DNA from: Leucoraja ocellata
Taxonomy: Eukaryota
NCBI GenBank assembly: GCA_036785375.1
Contig: JAWMAR010000028.1
Location: 10,044,001 to 10,108,000 of the forward strand
Reading direction: 5' to 3'
Length of the DNA stretch: 64,000 bases
Shown here: in pieces, positions 24,226 through 36,453 of the stretch
Numbering within the stretch: the stretch's first letter is position 1
How the letters are laid out: each line of letters begins with the position of its first letter
Notes under the pieces: model-generated
The model's input: the letters and a program-made list of their open reading frames with translations, nothing else
Databases searched by the model: none
Told to the model about the DNA's origin: nothing
Made by a program: the position numbers and the translations under genes

Positions 24226-26949
24226 TTACTTCCTGTTTGCACTGTATATTGATTTTAGATAAAACGCTACCACTTATGGCTGTGATTTTTGGCCATCTTA
24301 CTCAGTCCCCCCTCTGCTGTGCAGGTGCAGATAATGCTGCCCATCAATGAAAAATAAAAGTGTTATTGTTTAAAAAATGTTGAGAATCTCTCCCCTGTCA
24401 ATCCCGCCCTGAAAGCCGCACCTTTTCCGGTGGGAGGGGGAGGGGTTATAAAACCCGGAAGTGTAGGTGTGGCTCAGTCTCTGCATGATGGGGGAGGGAG
24501 AGCTCATGACTGTGAATCAACTGAACACTCTGAATGTCTACTGAACTGTGAGTTTGGTGTTTTGTGTGGTTTTATGGTGGTTCACCCTGCATGAAATGGT
24601 ATGAAGCTGCATTTGAATTTGGTGGCCTTCGACCTTGCTTGAAGTGGTTGGAAACTGCACTTGAATTCGGTGGCCTTGCACCCTGCTCATAGTGATAAGA
24701 AACTGCACGAATTTGGTGGCCTTGCACCCTGCTTGAAATGGTAGGAACGTGTATTTGAATTTGGTGGCCTTGTATCCTGCTTGAAATGGAATTTCAAGGA
24801 ATAGTCATGAGTCAACTGCCAGCCCACCAGCCGTGCATGAGCTGCCAGCAGATCAGGCTTGAGGGACTGAGCTGCCACCCCAAGAACCCATACCGGCACT
24901 CCAGAAAGCCCCCCCCCACTGCCACCAATATTGGAATTGGTGGAGAGGTGGAATATTGCGTCGGGGGACCAGCCCTCCCGTGTGAACATGGGTCCCAACG
25001 GGTCCCACTTAGTCTAGTCTATATTACTAAATCTCTGATCTTGACAGCTTTTGGCCGACTGTGCTGCGATTTCCAAGATTCCAATTGTTTGCTTCGCCTT
25101 TAAAAAAAGTTTATGTTCACAAAATGGATATTGGTTGTCAGGTGGCTGCAGCCCAATTGTTTGCCTCGCCTTTTTTTTAACAAGTTTGTGTTCGCTAGGA
25201 TTTTTTCGCCATCTTACTCGCCGTTCTCCCCTGCTCCAAGTGCATCAAGGTTTGGTCCATTTAAGATAGAACTGCAGATGCTGGAAAATCGAAGGTAGAC
25301 AAAATGCTGGAGAAACTCAGCGGGTGAGGCAGCATCTATGGAGAGAAGGAAATAGGCGATCTTGGGTCTCAACACGAAATGTCACCTATTTCCTTCGCTC
25401 CATAGATGCTGCCTCATCCACTGAGTTTCTCCAGTATTTTTGTCCTCCCAAGTTTTGTTCTGATCGGTGGAATATTACAAACTTTAAAAAATCATGAGAT
25501 CAGCAGATTGGTCTTCACGGTTGTCAGTCACCATGAAGGTAACACCCCTACTGGCTCCCCCGTCAATCACCGGCTCCTTCAGGAGCGGAATGTGGGCTGT
25601 GTGTTCTCGGGCGGGGGCTGGCCTGTGTTAGTGGGTGGGGGCTGTGAACACAACAGGCGCTGGGGACAGGAGCTTCTGAGTTAGTCCGAATTCGGGTCCT
25701 GGAGCAGGTGAGTGCAGTCGGAGCCGGGGTAGGGAACCGCTGAGCCCACACCCCCCCTCCTCCACACACCTCTCCCCCACACCCCCCCTCCCCCACACAC
25801 ACCCCATCCCCCACACCCCCCCCCCCACCAGCCCCCAATAGGCCCCGCCTGAAGCTGGCCCCCTCCCCTGGCTACAGGACGCTCCCTGCCTGAAGCCGTC
25901 CCCATCCCCCAGCTACAGAACGCTCCCGCCATTGCATTGAGGGAACAGGTGAGTGGTGGAATATTGCATTGGGGAATGGGTTACGTTGGGGGACCAGGCC
26001 TCCCGTGTGACTGGGACCCAACTGATCTCGCTTAGTCTAGTCTATATTACTAAAAGTCTGACCTTGACCAATACCTGTTATTCTGTATATTGATTTTAGA
26101 AAAAAACGCTGCCACTTACGACTGTGATTTCAGGCCATCTTACTCAGAGTCCCCCTCTGCTGTGCAGGACAAGAGGATTTTCCCCATCAATGAAAAATAA
26201 AAGAGTTATTAGTGTTTAAAAAATGTTGAGATTCTCTCTCCTGAAGGCCAAGCCCCTTCCAGAGGGACTATAAAACCCGGAAGTGTTGAGTGCCTCAGTC
26301 AGTCTCTGCAAGATGGGGGAGCGAGAGGGTCATGTCTCTCAGTCTGAACTGTGAATAACACTGAACACATGTACTATAAACTGTGAGTTTGGTTTTACGG
26401 ACCTTGAGTGCCCTTAATGTGGTTTGAAAATGAAAATGTGGTTGGTTCGAAATAAAGCACTGCAAATGGTTGTTGGTGGTGGTTGGTTCAAAATAATGCA
26501 CTGTAAATGGTTGTTGGTGGTGGTTAGTTCGAAATGGCAAATGATTAAAAGTCTAAACATGACAACTTCCTGTTTGTATTGTATATTGTATTTAAATAAA
26601 ATGCTACACTTACGGCTGTGATTTTTGGCCATCTTACTCAGTCCCCCACTGCTCAGGTGCAGAGGATTCTTCCCATCAATGAAAAATAAAAGTTTTATTA
26701 GTGTTTAAAAAATTTTGAGAATCTCTCTCCTGTCAATCACGACATGAAGGCCATGCCCCTTCCGGTGGGAGCGGGGAGGGATTATAAAACCCAGAAGTGT
26801 GGGTGTGGCACAGTCTCTGCAAGATGGGGGAGGGAGAAGACTTGACTGTCTGAGCTGTGAATCAACTGAACTGTGAGTGTCTACTGAACTGTGAGTGTGG
26901 TTTTTATGTGGTGTTTTGTGTGGTTTAATGGTGGTTTTATGGTGGTTTC

Positions 26950-27575
26950 CCCCTGCTTGAAATGGTGCGAAACTGCATTTAAATTGGGTGGCCTTGCGCT
27001 TTGCATGAAATGGTAGGAAACTGCACTTGAATTTGGTGGCCTTGCACCCTGCTTGAAATTGCATGAAACAGCACTAGCATTTGGTGGCCTTGCACCCTGC
27101 TTGAAGTGGCATGAAACTGCGCTTGAATTTGGTGGCCTTGCGCCCTGCTTGAAGTGGTATGAAACTGCACTTGAATATGGTGGCCTTGCACCCTGCTTGA
27201 AGTGGTCGGAAACTGCACTTGAATTTTTGGCACCCTGCTTGAAATGACATGAAACCGCACTTGAATTTGGTGGCCTTGCACCCTGCTTGAAGTGGTCGGA
27301 AACTACATTTGAATTTGGTGGCCCTGCACCATGCTTGAAGTGGTACGAAATTGCACATGAATTTGGTGGCCTTGCACCCTGCTTGAAGTGGTATTAAACT
27401 ACATTTGAATTTGGTGGCCCTGCACCCTGCTTGAAGTGGTCGGAAACTGCATTTGAATTTGGTGGCCTTGCACCCTGCTTGAAGTGGTATTAAACTGCAT
27501 GAGTTTGGTGGACTTGGACCCTGCATGAAGTGGTATGAAACTGCACTTGAATTTGGTGGCCTTGCACCCTGCTTG
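26950..27575. repeat. 48-bp tandem repeat inside Helitron-like unit 4 (shorter array at about 24585-24790)
   Basis: Unit TTGAATTTGGTGGCCTTGCACCCTGCTTGAAGTGGTATGAAACTGCAC. Confidence 0.92.
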
Positions 27576-28187
27576 GCATGGAATTTCAAGGAATAGCCGT
27601 GAGTCAACTGCCAGCCCACCAGCCGTGAGTGAGCTGCCAGCACATCAGGCTTTAGTGACTGAGCTGCCACACCAATAATCCATTTGGCCCCCAATGTCCC
27701 TACTAGCCCCCTAGAAACCAGTCCCTTCAGCCCACAACACCCATACTAGCATTCCAGAACCCCCCCCAAACGGGTCCAACTTGGGCTAGTACCCTATAAA
27801 GATAGGCCTCATAAAAACTGGAGGTAAATTCCGACTGTGAAAGGTTGCACAATGCCTGTTGCTGCACAGTAACATCAAATCTGGAATTAAAGTCGAACAA
27901 AATGCTTGTATCAAATTCCACACGCAGATTACTTGAATTTGCTTATTAATTCCCATGTGATATTGAGTTCCTCTCATCCACTCACCTCACCAATCTGTTG
28001 TAGAATCTAAATTCGGACCTTACTCAAGTTTTGTACAGAGATGAAATTAAAATATATATTTTACGCTGAGTAATTGTTAACAAAAAAAACCCCTTCAATG
28101 ACAGAAAATAACAGGTATAAATGTAAAATAAAACAACAACTTCATTTATTCCTGAGTCTCCCATAACTCTTTACCTATTTTGACATT

Positions 28188-28690
28188 AAGGGCCTGTCCC
28201 ACTTAGGTGATTTTTTTGGCGTCTGCTAGCAACTGTCATAATCGTAGCTGGTCGCCCGAAAAACCGGCAACTGGACCCCCCTACAACAATGTCTACGACA
28301 AGCTACAATAACCTAGCACCTACTCAACATCAAGCTACCGCAAGCTACCAACAGCGGACGACCCATTAGGATGTCCACCTAAGACCACACCTACGTCCAT
28401 CCGCGACCAGCTATGACAAGCTATGACCCTGTCGGCAACAACTGAAGACAACTTCAGCCAATTCAGTCGCCGCTACCCGTCGCTGGTTGAGGGAGATTGA
28501 CGGAGGTAGTCGCCAATGGAATTCACCGAAGTCAGCACCGGCGACAACCTACGTCACCTGGCAACAATCTACGTCACCTGGCAACAACCCATGTCATCCT
28601 GGCGCCAACCTTGGACAACACCTACGTCGGGAGACGTCAAGCTACGCTCATTGGCATCAAGCTCACTGTCACCGACTGTCGACCGGAAAC
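28188..28690. mobile_element. Harbinger/PIF-like MITE (GGGCCTGTCCCACT terminus), partial; abuts the broken 3' end of copy B
   Basis: TTAAGGGCCTGTCCCACTTAGG start; homologous to 43960-44792; superfamily inferred from the terminus only. Confidence 0.6.
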
Positions 28691-28691
28691 T

Positions 28692-28826
28692 GGTGTATTT
28701 TTCAAGGATTGTAAAGCTGTTGTTACTGAAGGACAGCACATTTTCACTGTTGTTCACTACTTTCTTCCAGGTGAAATTGGCTGAGGGGATGTTATGAATG
28801 GTGCAGCCAATGGTGACCTTTTCTCG
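28692..28826 (-). pseudogene. Remnant of the frameshifted Ig exon in copy B
   Basis: EKVTIGCTIHNIPSANFTWKK...NNSFTILEKYT; homologous to about 9567-9700; both ends lost. Confidence 0.85.
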
Positions 28827-29070
28827 CCATATATAATAATCACCATGACTTGTCAGCTCAAGTTTCTGTTCAAGGAATTAGTCACAAAAAGCTAGAAAGT
28901 CTCTCCAGTCCTGTGCCAAAGGATGGCAGCAGTTAGTTACACTTTCACATACGTTGTTAAATTAAAACCCCCTCTAGTTGACATAAACGATTCTGCAACA
29001 CAATTCTAAATTTAAAGTGCCAGAGTTCTGCCCAGTTTATTCCTGCATCCTGGTCAATATTTATCACTAA

Positions 29071-29928
29071 AGGGAAGGGGGGTTCCCCTCTTCTATTATA
29101 GATGAGGCTCTCACCAGGATCCCTTCTATACCATGCAACTCTGCTCTCACTCCCCATCCCTCCACTCGCAACAAGGGCAGAGTCCATCCACCTTGTCCTC
29201 ACCTTCCACCCAACCAGCCGTCACATACAACAAATAATCTTCCAACATTTTCGCCACCTCCAATGGGATCCCACCACTGCCCATATCTTCCCATCTCCTC
29301 CCCTGTCTGCTTTCCGCAGAGCCCGCTCCCTCCATATCTCCCTGGTCCATTCGTCCCTTCCCCATCCAAACCCCCCCTCTCCTGACACTTTCCCTTGCAA
29401 CCACAGGAAATGCTACACTTGTCGCTTTACCTCCACCCATGACTCCACTCAAGGACCCAAGCAGCCTTTCCAGGAGCGGCAGAGGTTCACCTGCACCTCC
29501 TCCAACCTCATCTATTGCATCCGCTGCTCTAGATGCCAGCTGCTTTACATCGGTGAGACCAAGCGTAGGCTTGGCGATCTCTTCGCCCAACACCTCCGCT
29601 CGGTCCGCATTAACCAACCTGATCTCCCGGTAGCTCAGCACTCCCATTCCAAATCCATCCTTTCTGTCCTGGGCCTCCTCCATGGTCAGAGTGAGGCCCA
29701 TCCCAGTGGTTTGAACATTGACTTCTCCAATTTTAGAAAGGCCCTGCTTTCTCCTCCCCTTCCCAGCTCTTCCTCAGCCCACTGTCTCCGCCTTTTCCTC
29801 AGCCCATTGTCTCAATTTTCTTCCTCCTCCCCCATGTCTGAAGAAGGGTCTCGACCCAAAATGTTGCCTATTTCCTTCGCTCCATGGATGCTGCCTCACC
29901 CACTGAGTTTCTCCAGTATTTTTGTCTA
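29071..29928 (+). mobile_element. Penelope-like element fragment (GIY-YIG)
   Basis: ORF 29102-29935 contains NLIYCIRCSRCQLLYIGETKRRLGD; terminal CTGAAGAAGGGTCTCGACCC motif. Confidence 0.88.
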
Positions 29929-29934
29929 TCTCTG

Positions 29935-30031
29935 ACAGGGGGGTTGGAGTGGTTTGTGCAGCTGAACGTGACACGGGCTCCATCCTTCACTTCGGAGGGG
30001 GTGATGGAGACAACGGTGTCCCTGGGGCTAT
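29935..30031 (-). pseudogene. Truncated, diverged D7-like exon remnant in copy B
   Basis: SPRDTVVSITPSEVKDGARVTFSCTNHSNPP, cut by the Penelope element; acceptor context lost. Confidence 0.85.
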
Positions 30032-30339
30032 CTCCCACGCGAGCGCAGCTACCTCCCAGCCTCAACTACCTCCTCTAGCAGCTTGTTCCATACACCCACC
30101 ACCCTTGCTGTGAAAAAGTTACCCCTCAGATTACTCTTAAATCTTTTCCCCTTCACCTTCAACCTTTGTTCCCTGGTCCTTGATTCACCTACTCTGGGCA
30201 AGAGACTCTGTGCATCTACCCGATCTATACATCCCGTGTTGTCTATTAATGATTGTTACAACCATAGATTATTGCAATTTATAATGATTCAGTTCCTGTT
30301 TATTTCCCATTAATTTCCACACATACTCATATATTCATA

Positions 30340-31020
30340 CTTACTTTATGAGCCAAGTATATATTGTAACATACGAGGAATTTTGATTTGCCATACAGTT
30401 ATACAACTAAAAAGCAATAAAAAACACAAAATACATTTTAGCATAAACATCCAGCACAGTGACTCCTCCACATTCCTCACTGTGATGGAAAGCAAAAAAA
30501 AGTTCGATCTCTTCCCTTCTTTGATCTCCAACAGTCAGGTGTCTTTCACCTTCCGTTGACGGGACGATCTTGACTCCCGTAGCCGGCAGCGGGCCCTATG
30601 TGTTGGGGCGATCAAGCTCCTACGTCGGGAGATGTCAGTTCCCCGCGCCGGGCGATCGGACCCCGGGTCGGGGCTAGTCGAACATCGTGTGGTTTTAGAG
30701 CTTCCCGGCTTGGTCTCTCCCGAGGCTGCAAGCCCTTGATGTTAAAGTCCACAGGCTGTGGATTGGAGCATCGATCCCAGGCAAAGGATCAGCTCCGATG
30801 GCAAGTCCACGCCTCCAGCTCCACGATGTTAGGCCGCAGAGTGACCAGAGATACGACCCGGAAAACAATCGCATCTCCAGCAAGATAAGTGATTTCCCCC
30901 GACCCCACTCCCCACATAAACAAACCAGAGAACATTAACACAAATTTTTAAATAATAATAGAAATAACAAAAAAAAGACAAAAGGGGAGACTGTTGGCGA
31001 AGCTGCCATCGCGGCACCAT
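30340..31020 (-). mobile_element. Unclassified interspersed repeat that supplies the candidate C-terminus of copy B
   Basis: Absent downstream of the D7-like exons in copies A and C; GC-rich body and LINE-like 3' end; family not identified. Confidence 0.5.
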
Positions 31021-31134
31021 CCGATATCGAACATTGAACCTGAAGTTTGTTGCTGTTGATCTGCTGGGTTGTGCAGTTGAATGTGACCCCGTCTCCTTCC
31101 TTCACATCGGAGAGAGTGGTGTCCCTGGGGCTAC
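30935..31134 (-). CDS. VCAM1: VCAM1-like copy B, candidate terminal exon (internally deleted D7-like exon reading into a hydrophobic, GPI-signal-like tail)
   Basis: Intact acceptor ctctgttctcAG; open in phase 1: GSPRDTTLSDVKEGDGVTFNCTTQQINSNKLQVQCSISDGAAMAASPTVSPFVFFLLFLLLFKNLC*; native donor degraded. Confidence 0.45.
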
Positions 31135-31171
31135 CTGAGAACAGAGGCGTGAGAAATTAATTAATTGCTAA

Positions 31172-32640
31172 AATAGAATATAGAATAGAATAGTTTCTTT
31201 ATTGTCATTGTAACATGAACCATGTACAACGAAATTTACAAATGTCAGCCAGTCAGTGCACCATTCAAACATTTCTAAAAGCTAACGATACATACAAGGT
31301 AAAATGTTAAAAAAAAGATAAACTAAAATAAATATCATGAAAATAGCACGCATAAACACCCAACCCTCCATCCTTCTGTCGATTTCACAGTGTACCACAG
31401 TCCCTTAGTATGTATCGCCCCCTGCGTTCCTTGGCAGCTACATTTAGTAGTGGGGTAAAAACTGTTTTTAAGTCTGTTTGTCCTTGTCCTTGTAGATCTG
31501 TACCGTCTGCCTGACGGCAACAGTTCAAACAGGGAGTGTCCGGGGTGGAAAATGTCCTTTATAATACTCTGATGCAGCGGGAACTGTGCAAGTCCTCCAA
31601 GGTAAGGAGAGGGCAGCTGACAATCCTCTGGGCATTGTCAATGGCCCTCTGGAGCGCTTTCCTCTGAGCCGCTGGTGTACCACGCATACACAGTTTGTTA
31701 GGATGCTCTCAATGGAGCACCGATAAAAGGACAGCAGCAGTCTCTGAGTGATGTTATTCTTCCCGAGCACCCTCAGGAAGTGCAGTCTCTGCTGGACCTT
31801 TTTCAGCAGCGCAGAGGTGTTCACGCTCCACGTCAGGTCCTCCTCAATATGAATTCCCAGGAAGCGGAAATCCACCACCCTCGCCACACAGTCCCCTCTG
31901 ATAATCAATGGTACCATGTCCGTTTTATTCTTCCTGAAGTCTATTATTATTTCCTTTGTCTTTAAGGTGTTGAGGAGCAGGTTATTTTCTCCACACCACA
32001 CTGTCAGCTGCTCCGCCTCATCCTGGTAGGCGTACTCGTCCCCCCCGGAGATGAGTCCCACCACCGTAGTGTCATCCGCAAATTTGACAATGTTGTTGCT
32101 GTGGTGGGCTGGGGTGCAGTCATGTGTGTAGATGGTGTAGAGCAGGGGGCTCAGCACGCAGCCCTGTGGAGAGCCGGTACTGAGGCTGAGGGCCGTGGAT
32201 GTATGATGGCCCACTCTGACTCTCTGGCTGCGACCCGACAGGAAGCTATTTATCCACATGCAGGTGGAGTGTGGAAGTCCCAAGTCCCCCAGTTTGTCCA
32301 CCAGTTTGTGGGGAAGGATGGTATTAAAAGCAGAGCTGTAGTCCACAAAGAGCATCCGCACGTAGCTCCCCCGCTGCTCCAGGTGAGACAGTGCAGCATG
32401 GAGAGCTGTGGCTACAGCGTCCTCTGTAGATCTATTTGCTCTGTACGCAAACTGGTGGGGGTCAAAGCTTCGGGGCAGAAGTGATGTGATATGACCCCGG
32501 ACCAGTTTTTCATTACACTTCATCACCACTGGTGTGAGTGCAACTGGCCGGTAGTCGTTGAGGCTGGAAATGTGGGTTTTTTTGGGCAAGGGGACTATGG
32601 TTGCGGACTTCAGACAGGGTGGAACAGGTTTAGCCAAAAC
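31172..32640 (-). mobile_element. Rex1/Babar-type non-LTR retrotransposon, 5'-truncated
   Basis: RT: [46 protein letters not shown]; C-terminus PSGRRYRS...RLKNSFYP; (TTCTA)n tail. Confidence 0.88.
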
Positions 32641-32776
32641 AGTGCGAAGAAACATAGTCATACTCATAAAGTGATACATTGTTGAAACAGGCCCTTCAGT
32701 CCAACCTGCCATCATGTCCCAGCTACACTAGTCCATGTCTCTCCAAATCTGTCCTACCCATGCACCTGTCTAATAA

Positions 32777-33037
32777 AGGGCCTGTCCCACTGATGCGACC
32801 TTTCAGCAACTGTTTTCGACCTTCAAGCTCGAGGGCACTCGCCTGAAAAACCTCGAGCTGGATCGACCGTCAACGATAAAACCGCGAGCTGGATCGACTG
32901 ACCGCACACATACATAAACACATCGCAAAGGTGGGGGCCAGGAAAGCGGGGGAGCGCGGTCTGAAATTCACACCCGTGATGAACAGGAAGGTAAAAGACG
33001 GTTGCACAGTGTACGGTAAGTCTTTTAGGGAGCGCGG

Positions 33038-33068
<31 letters not shown>

Positions 33069-33463
33069 TGGGGGGAGAGAAGTGGGGGGAGAAACTTTTA
33101 AGAATCTAGACAACTTATAATAAAGTTTAACATTACCGTTGGTTTTTTTGGTCCTGAAAACTCCAATAAGCCAATTAAAATGCCCGGTCAGCGAAGGAGA
33201 TTGCCTACGGCTGCCCTCGACTGCCTGTAACTACATAGCAACCCCACTCCACTACGAGTTCAAAAGAATCATGCCGACCAATTTTTACATGCGGAAAATT
33301 TCTCAACATGCTGAAACATTTTCCTCAACCTAATTGAGGCTGCGAGTATGCAGGAACTTCTCTCGAGAATCTCAAGGAGAGTTCCAGTGACATCATAGGA
33401 CCTCCTAGGACAACGTGTCAACCATGCTGCACGTTTGAGTTGAGGGCAAACTCTTCTAGAACT
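32777..33463. mobile_element. Harbinger-like MITE, partial
   Basis: Begins AAGGGCCTGTCCCACT; right end replaced by an L1 fragment. Confidence 0.5.
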
Positions 33464-34570
33464 CAAGTAGAATGGAATTATATGATTAAAGTATTGCAAA
33501 AATTTCAAATGGGAGAGAACTTCATCGCATGGATAAAATTATTATATAACAAACCCACGGCTAGAATATTAACTAATAATATACTATCTACGAAATTCCA
33601 ATTATCAAGGGGCAATAGACAAGGATGTTCATTATCACCGCTGTTATTTGCTCTGGTAATTGAACCTCTAGCTGAAAAAAATCAGAACACACCCGGATAT
33701 TTACGGTTATACTACAAAATATTCAAATAACAAAATATCTTTATACGCAGACGATGTACTACTGTATATCACAAAACCCCAAATGAGTATACCAAACATA
33801 TTAAATCAAATTGAGGACTTTGGATCTTTCTCAGGATACAGAATAAACTGAAACAAAAGTGAAATTATGTCGATAAAACCGAAAGACTCAACGCTGCTCT
33901 TGAAATTCCCCTTTAAAATAGCCACAGAAAAATTCAAATATTTAGGAATTGAAGTTACTAGAAACTATCACGCTATGTTTAACGCCAATTATAGCCCCTT
34001 ACTTAAGAAACTAAATAATCTAATCAAATTCTGGAAAACGCACCTGATGTCTTTAATAGGTCGAATAAATGCTATAAAAATGATCTTTTTACCACAAATC
34101 CTATATTTATTTCAATCAATACCTATATATCTTCCAAAAAAGTTTTTCAAAAAATTAGACTCAGACATTACAAATTTTATATGGGATTATAAATGCCACA
34201 GAATACAAAGAGCACACCTTAGTAAACCAAAAGAGATGGGTGGTCTAGCGATCCCTAACTTCATGTACTATAATTGGGCAGTAAATATTAAAAATATGAT
34301 TCACCTGCTGGACAATTCTGCCCAGCAGGTGGACTGGATTGTAATGGAGAGAGAGGACTGCTCTCTGTGTAATATAGGAGCGACTCTCCTCTCACCAATT
34401 AATCTGAATAACAAAAATTATAATAAAAATCTAATGATACATAGCACAATTAGAACTTGGAAACAAATAAAACAGAATCTAAAATTAAGAAATCTATCTC
34501 TTTTAATGCCAATAGTCAATAACCCATCATTTAAACCTTCAATTATAGATAAATCATTTACACAATGGGT
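33464..34570 (+). mobile_element. L1/Tx1 ORF2 internal fragment
   Basis: LSRGNRQGCSLSPLLFALVIEPLA, SLYADD, RINAIKMIFLPQILYLFQ; frameshift and stop present. Confidence 0.9.
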
Positions 34571-34680
34571 GTAAATGAGCCCTGGTGACATCCTGGTAAA
34601 TCTTCTCTCAACCCTTTCCAGCTTGACCACGTCTTTCCTATAACAATGATAGTAAAATTACAATAGTGAAACAAACACAC

Positions 34681-34947
34681 CTTGAACGTGGATTTCCACC
34701 TCCTTGGTGATTGTCCCCAGTTTATTGCCAGCTTCACAGCGGTACATTCCCGTGTCCCCGAACAGGGCCGGTGACAGGTGCAGAATCGCTCGGTCCTCGG
34801 CCACGACTGACCAGTTGCCGGCGGATAACTTGCTCCACACTATCGTGGCAGCGGGGCTGCTGTCTGCAGCACAGGTTAGCCGAACATCCTGACCCTCTCT
34901 CACTGTGGCAGAGGGCTCTGCAGTAATGTCAATCCCCGTGGGAGCAT
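34681..34947 (-). CDS. VCAM1: VCAM1-like copy B exon 4, Ig D3
   Basis: 267 bp, AG/GT intact, near-identical to copy A. Confidence 0.85.
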
Positions 34948-35065
34948 CTGTAGAAAGAGATGGGATAATTCACTACATTAAAGGCGGGCGACTTAAACCA
35001 TTGTCCAGACTACGTCTATGACTGTGATTCCGTTCTCAATGTTATATCTCTGTCTCCATACTTAC

Positions 35066-35368
35066 AGTGAACCTGTAACGTTAGCGACCCCTCGGCCTTG
35101 CGTGGTTGGTTCCCCGTGAGTAATTGCACTCGGCATGTCAGCTCTTGTCCCGAGTCTCGCAATTCAGCCGTCAGTTCGTAGGTGAAGTTCATCGCCGTTT
35201 CTTCCTCTGTGTAGTCACGGAAGCTGTCGGTCTTCAGCAATGTTGTTCCTTTCAGCCACTCCACCTCCACTTGAGCGGGGTAGACTTTGGGGACCGTACA
35301 TCTCACGGAGCCTCTCTGGCCAACTTCCAGGCTGCCCACAGTCTCCACGATGAGCGTGTCGGACAGAG
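35066..35368 (-). CDS. VCAM1: VCAM1-like copy B exon 3, Ig D2
   Basis: 303 bp, strong polypyrimidine acceptor, GTAAGT donor. Confidence 0.85.
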
Positions 35369-36453
35369 CTGCAACACAGAGAAAACAGAAGGAAAACTGC
35401 TCTCTTCAGACGCTGCGCTATAACGAGTGAAATCCCCCCAGAACAATGACCTTTCAGTGGAACAGCAGATGCTGGTTTAAACCGAAGATAGACACAAAAA
35501 GCTGGAGTAACTCAGCAGGACAGGTAGTATCTCTGAGAAAGAAGGAACGCAGGGCTGGGCTGGGCTGGCCTTAAGCCGATCAGACCGATTGCTGCCAATT
35601 GGGCCGAGCCCCGACGGGGGCAGCGCTGGAATCATCCAAAGCTCCGCTCTATGATCTTTGGAGAAATCTACTCTCGGCTCGGGTAGATCTACCCCGGGTG
35701 GAGGGAGGAGAGAGGGGTGGAGGGAGAGTAGAGGGATGGAGGGGGAAGAAAGGGAGAAGGGGAGGGGGGTGTGAGGGGAATGAAGAAGGGGAGGGTCGTT
35801 CCATCACGGTCCCGGGATAGCACTCCCGCCCCTCCACTCGCCGTGCTTCATGCACACATCCCCGCCTCCACCCCTCTCTCTCCCCGGGGACACGTGGTGA
35901 ACAATACAGGGCCGGGCCGGGGGTTGGAGCAATGTTTACAAACCTCGGCCTCAGCTCACACCCATCCGCCCAGACCCCAGCATCCGCTCATGCCGCCTCC
36001 CTCCCTTCTTTTCTTCGCTTCCTCCCTTCTCTCCTTCCTTCCCTTTCCTTTCTCTCCGCTCCATCCCTTCTTTCTCTCCTTCCCTCCATCCTTTGTCTAC
36101 TTCCCTCCCTGCCTTCTGTCCTTCCTCCCTTCTCTCCTTCCCTCCCACACACACACATAACGCACAGACAACTAACACACACACACACACAACTAAGTTA
36201 GGATGGGGTAGAAGCCCAAAGGGTAGGATGGGGCTGAACCCCACAATTTAATGCCTGGACTGGTTTTTCACGAATTGGTTTTCCAGGATCTATTTAATTA
36301 AATTACTTTTTTTTTTCATTTCACTGCCACTAAAACAAGTGGTATTGTAACGATGTACTTTTCAGAGGTGATCTACACATTTTGTTTGTTACTTGTAGGC
36401 TGGCCGGACAAAGTTGCAACAAGTTTACAGTCGGGAGATGGGTTAATACTCAC

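Larger units (their letters stand above)
21064..27789 (+). mobile_element. Head-to-tail array of four non-autonomous Helitron-like elements (21064-21887, 21888-25017, 25018-26040, 26041-27789)
   Basis: Each begins TC(TC)TAT.. and ends with a GC-rich hairpin-like sequence + CTAG; junctions read CTAG|TC; the array sits between A (21063) and T (27790) with no TSD. Confidence 0.8.

Noticed and set aside
22300-27600. Regular 48-51-bp repeats as a CRISPR array or repeat-protein gene
   Set aside because: Units are contiguous with no unique spacers, there are no cas genes and the context is eukaryotic; the ORFs arise because unit lengths are multiples of 3
31525-32715. 396-aa RT ORF as an active or domesticated gene
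   Set aside because: 5'-truncated Rex1/Babar copy; the N-terminus comes from flanking sequence and the C-terminus is frameshifted
35690-36200. Purine- and pyrimidine-rich ORFs in copy B intron 2
   Set aside because: Low-complexity sequence within a copy-specific insert; no splice or homology support
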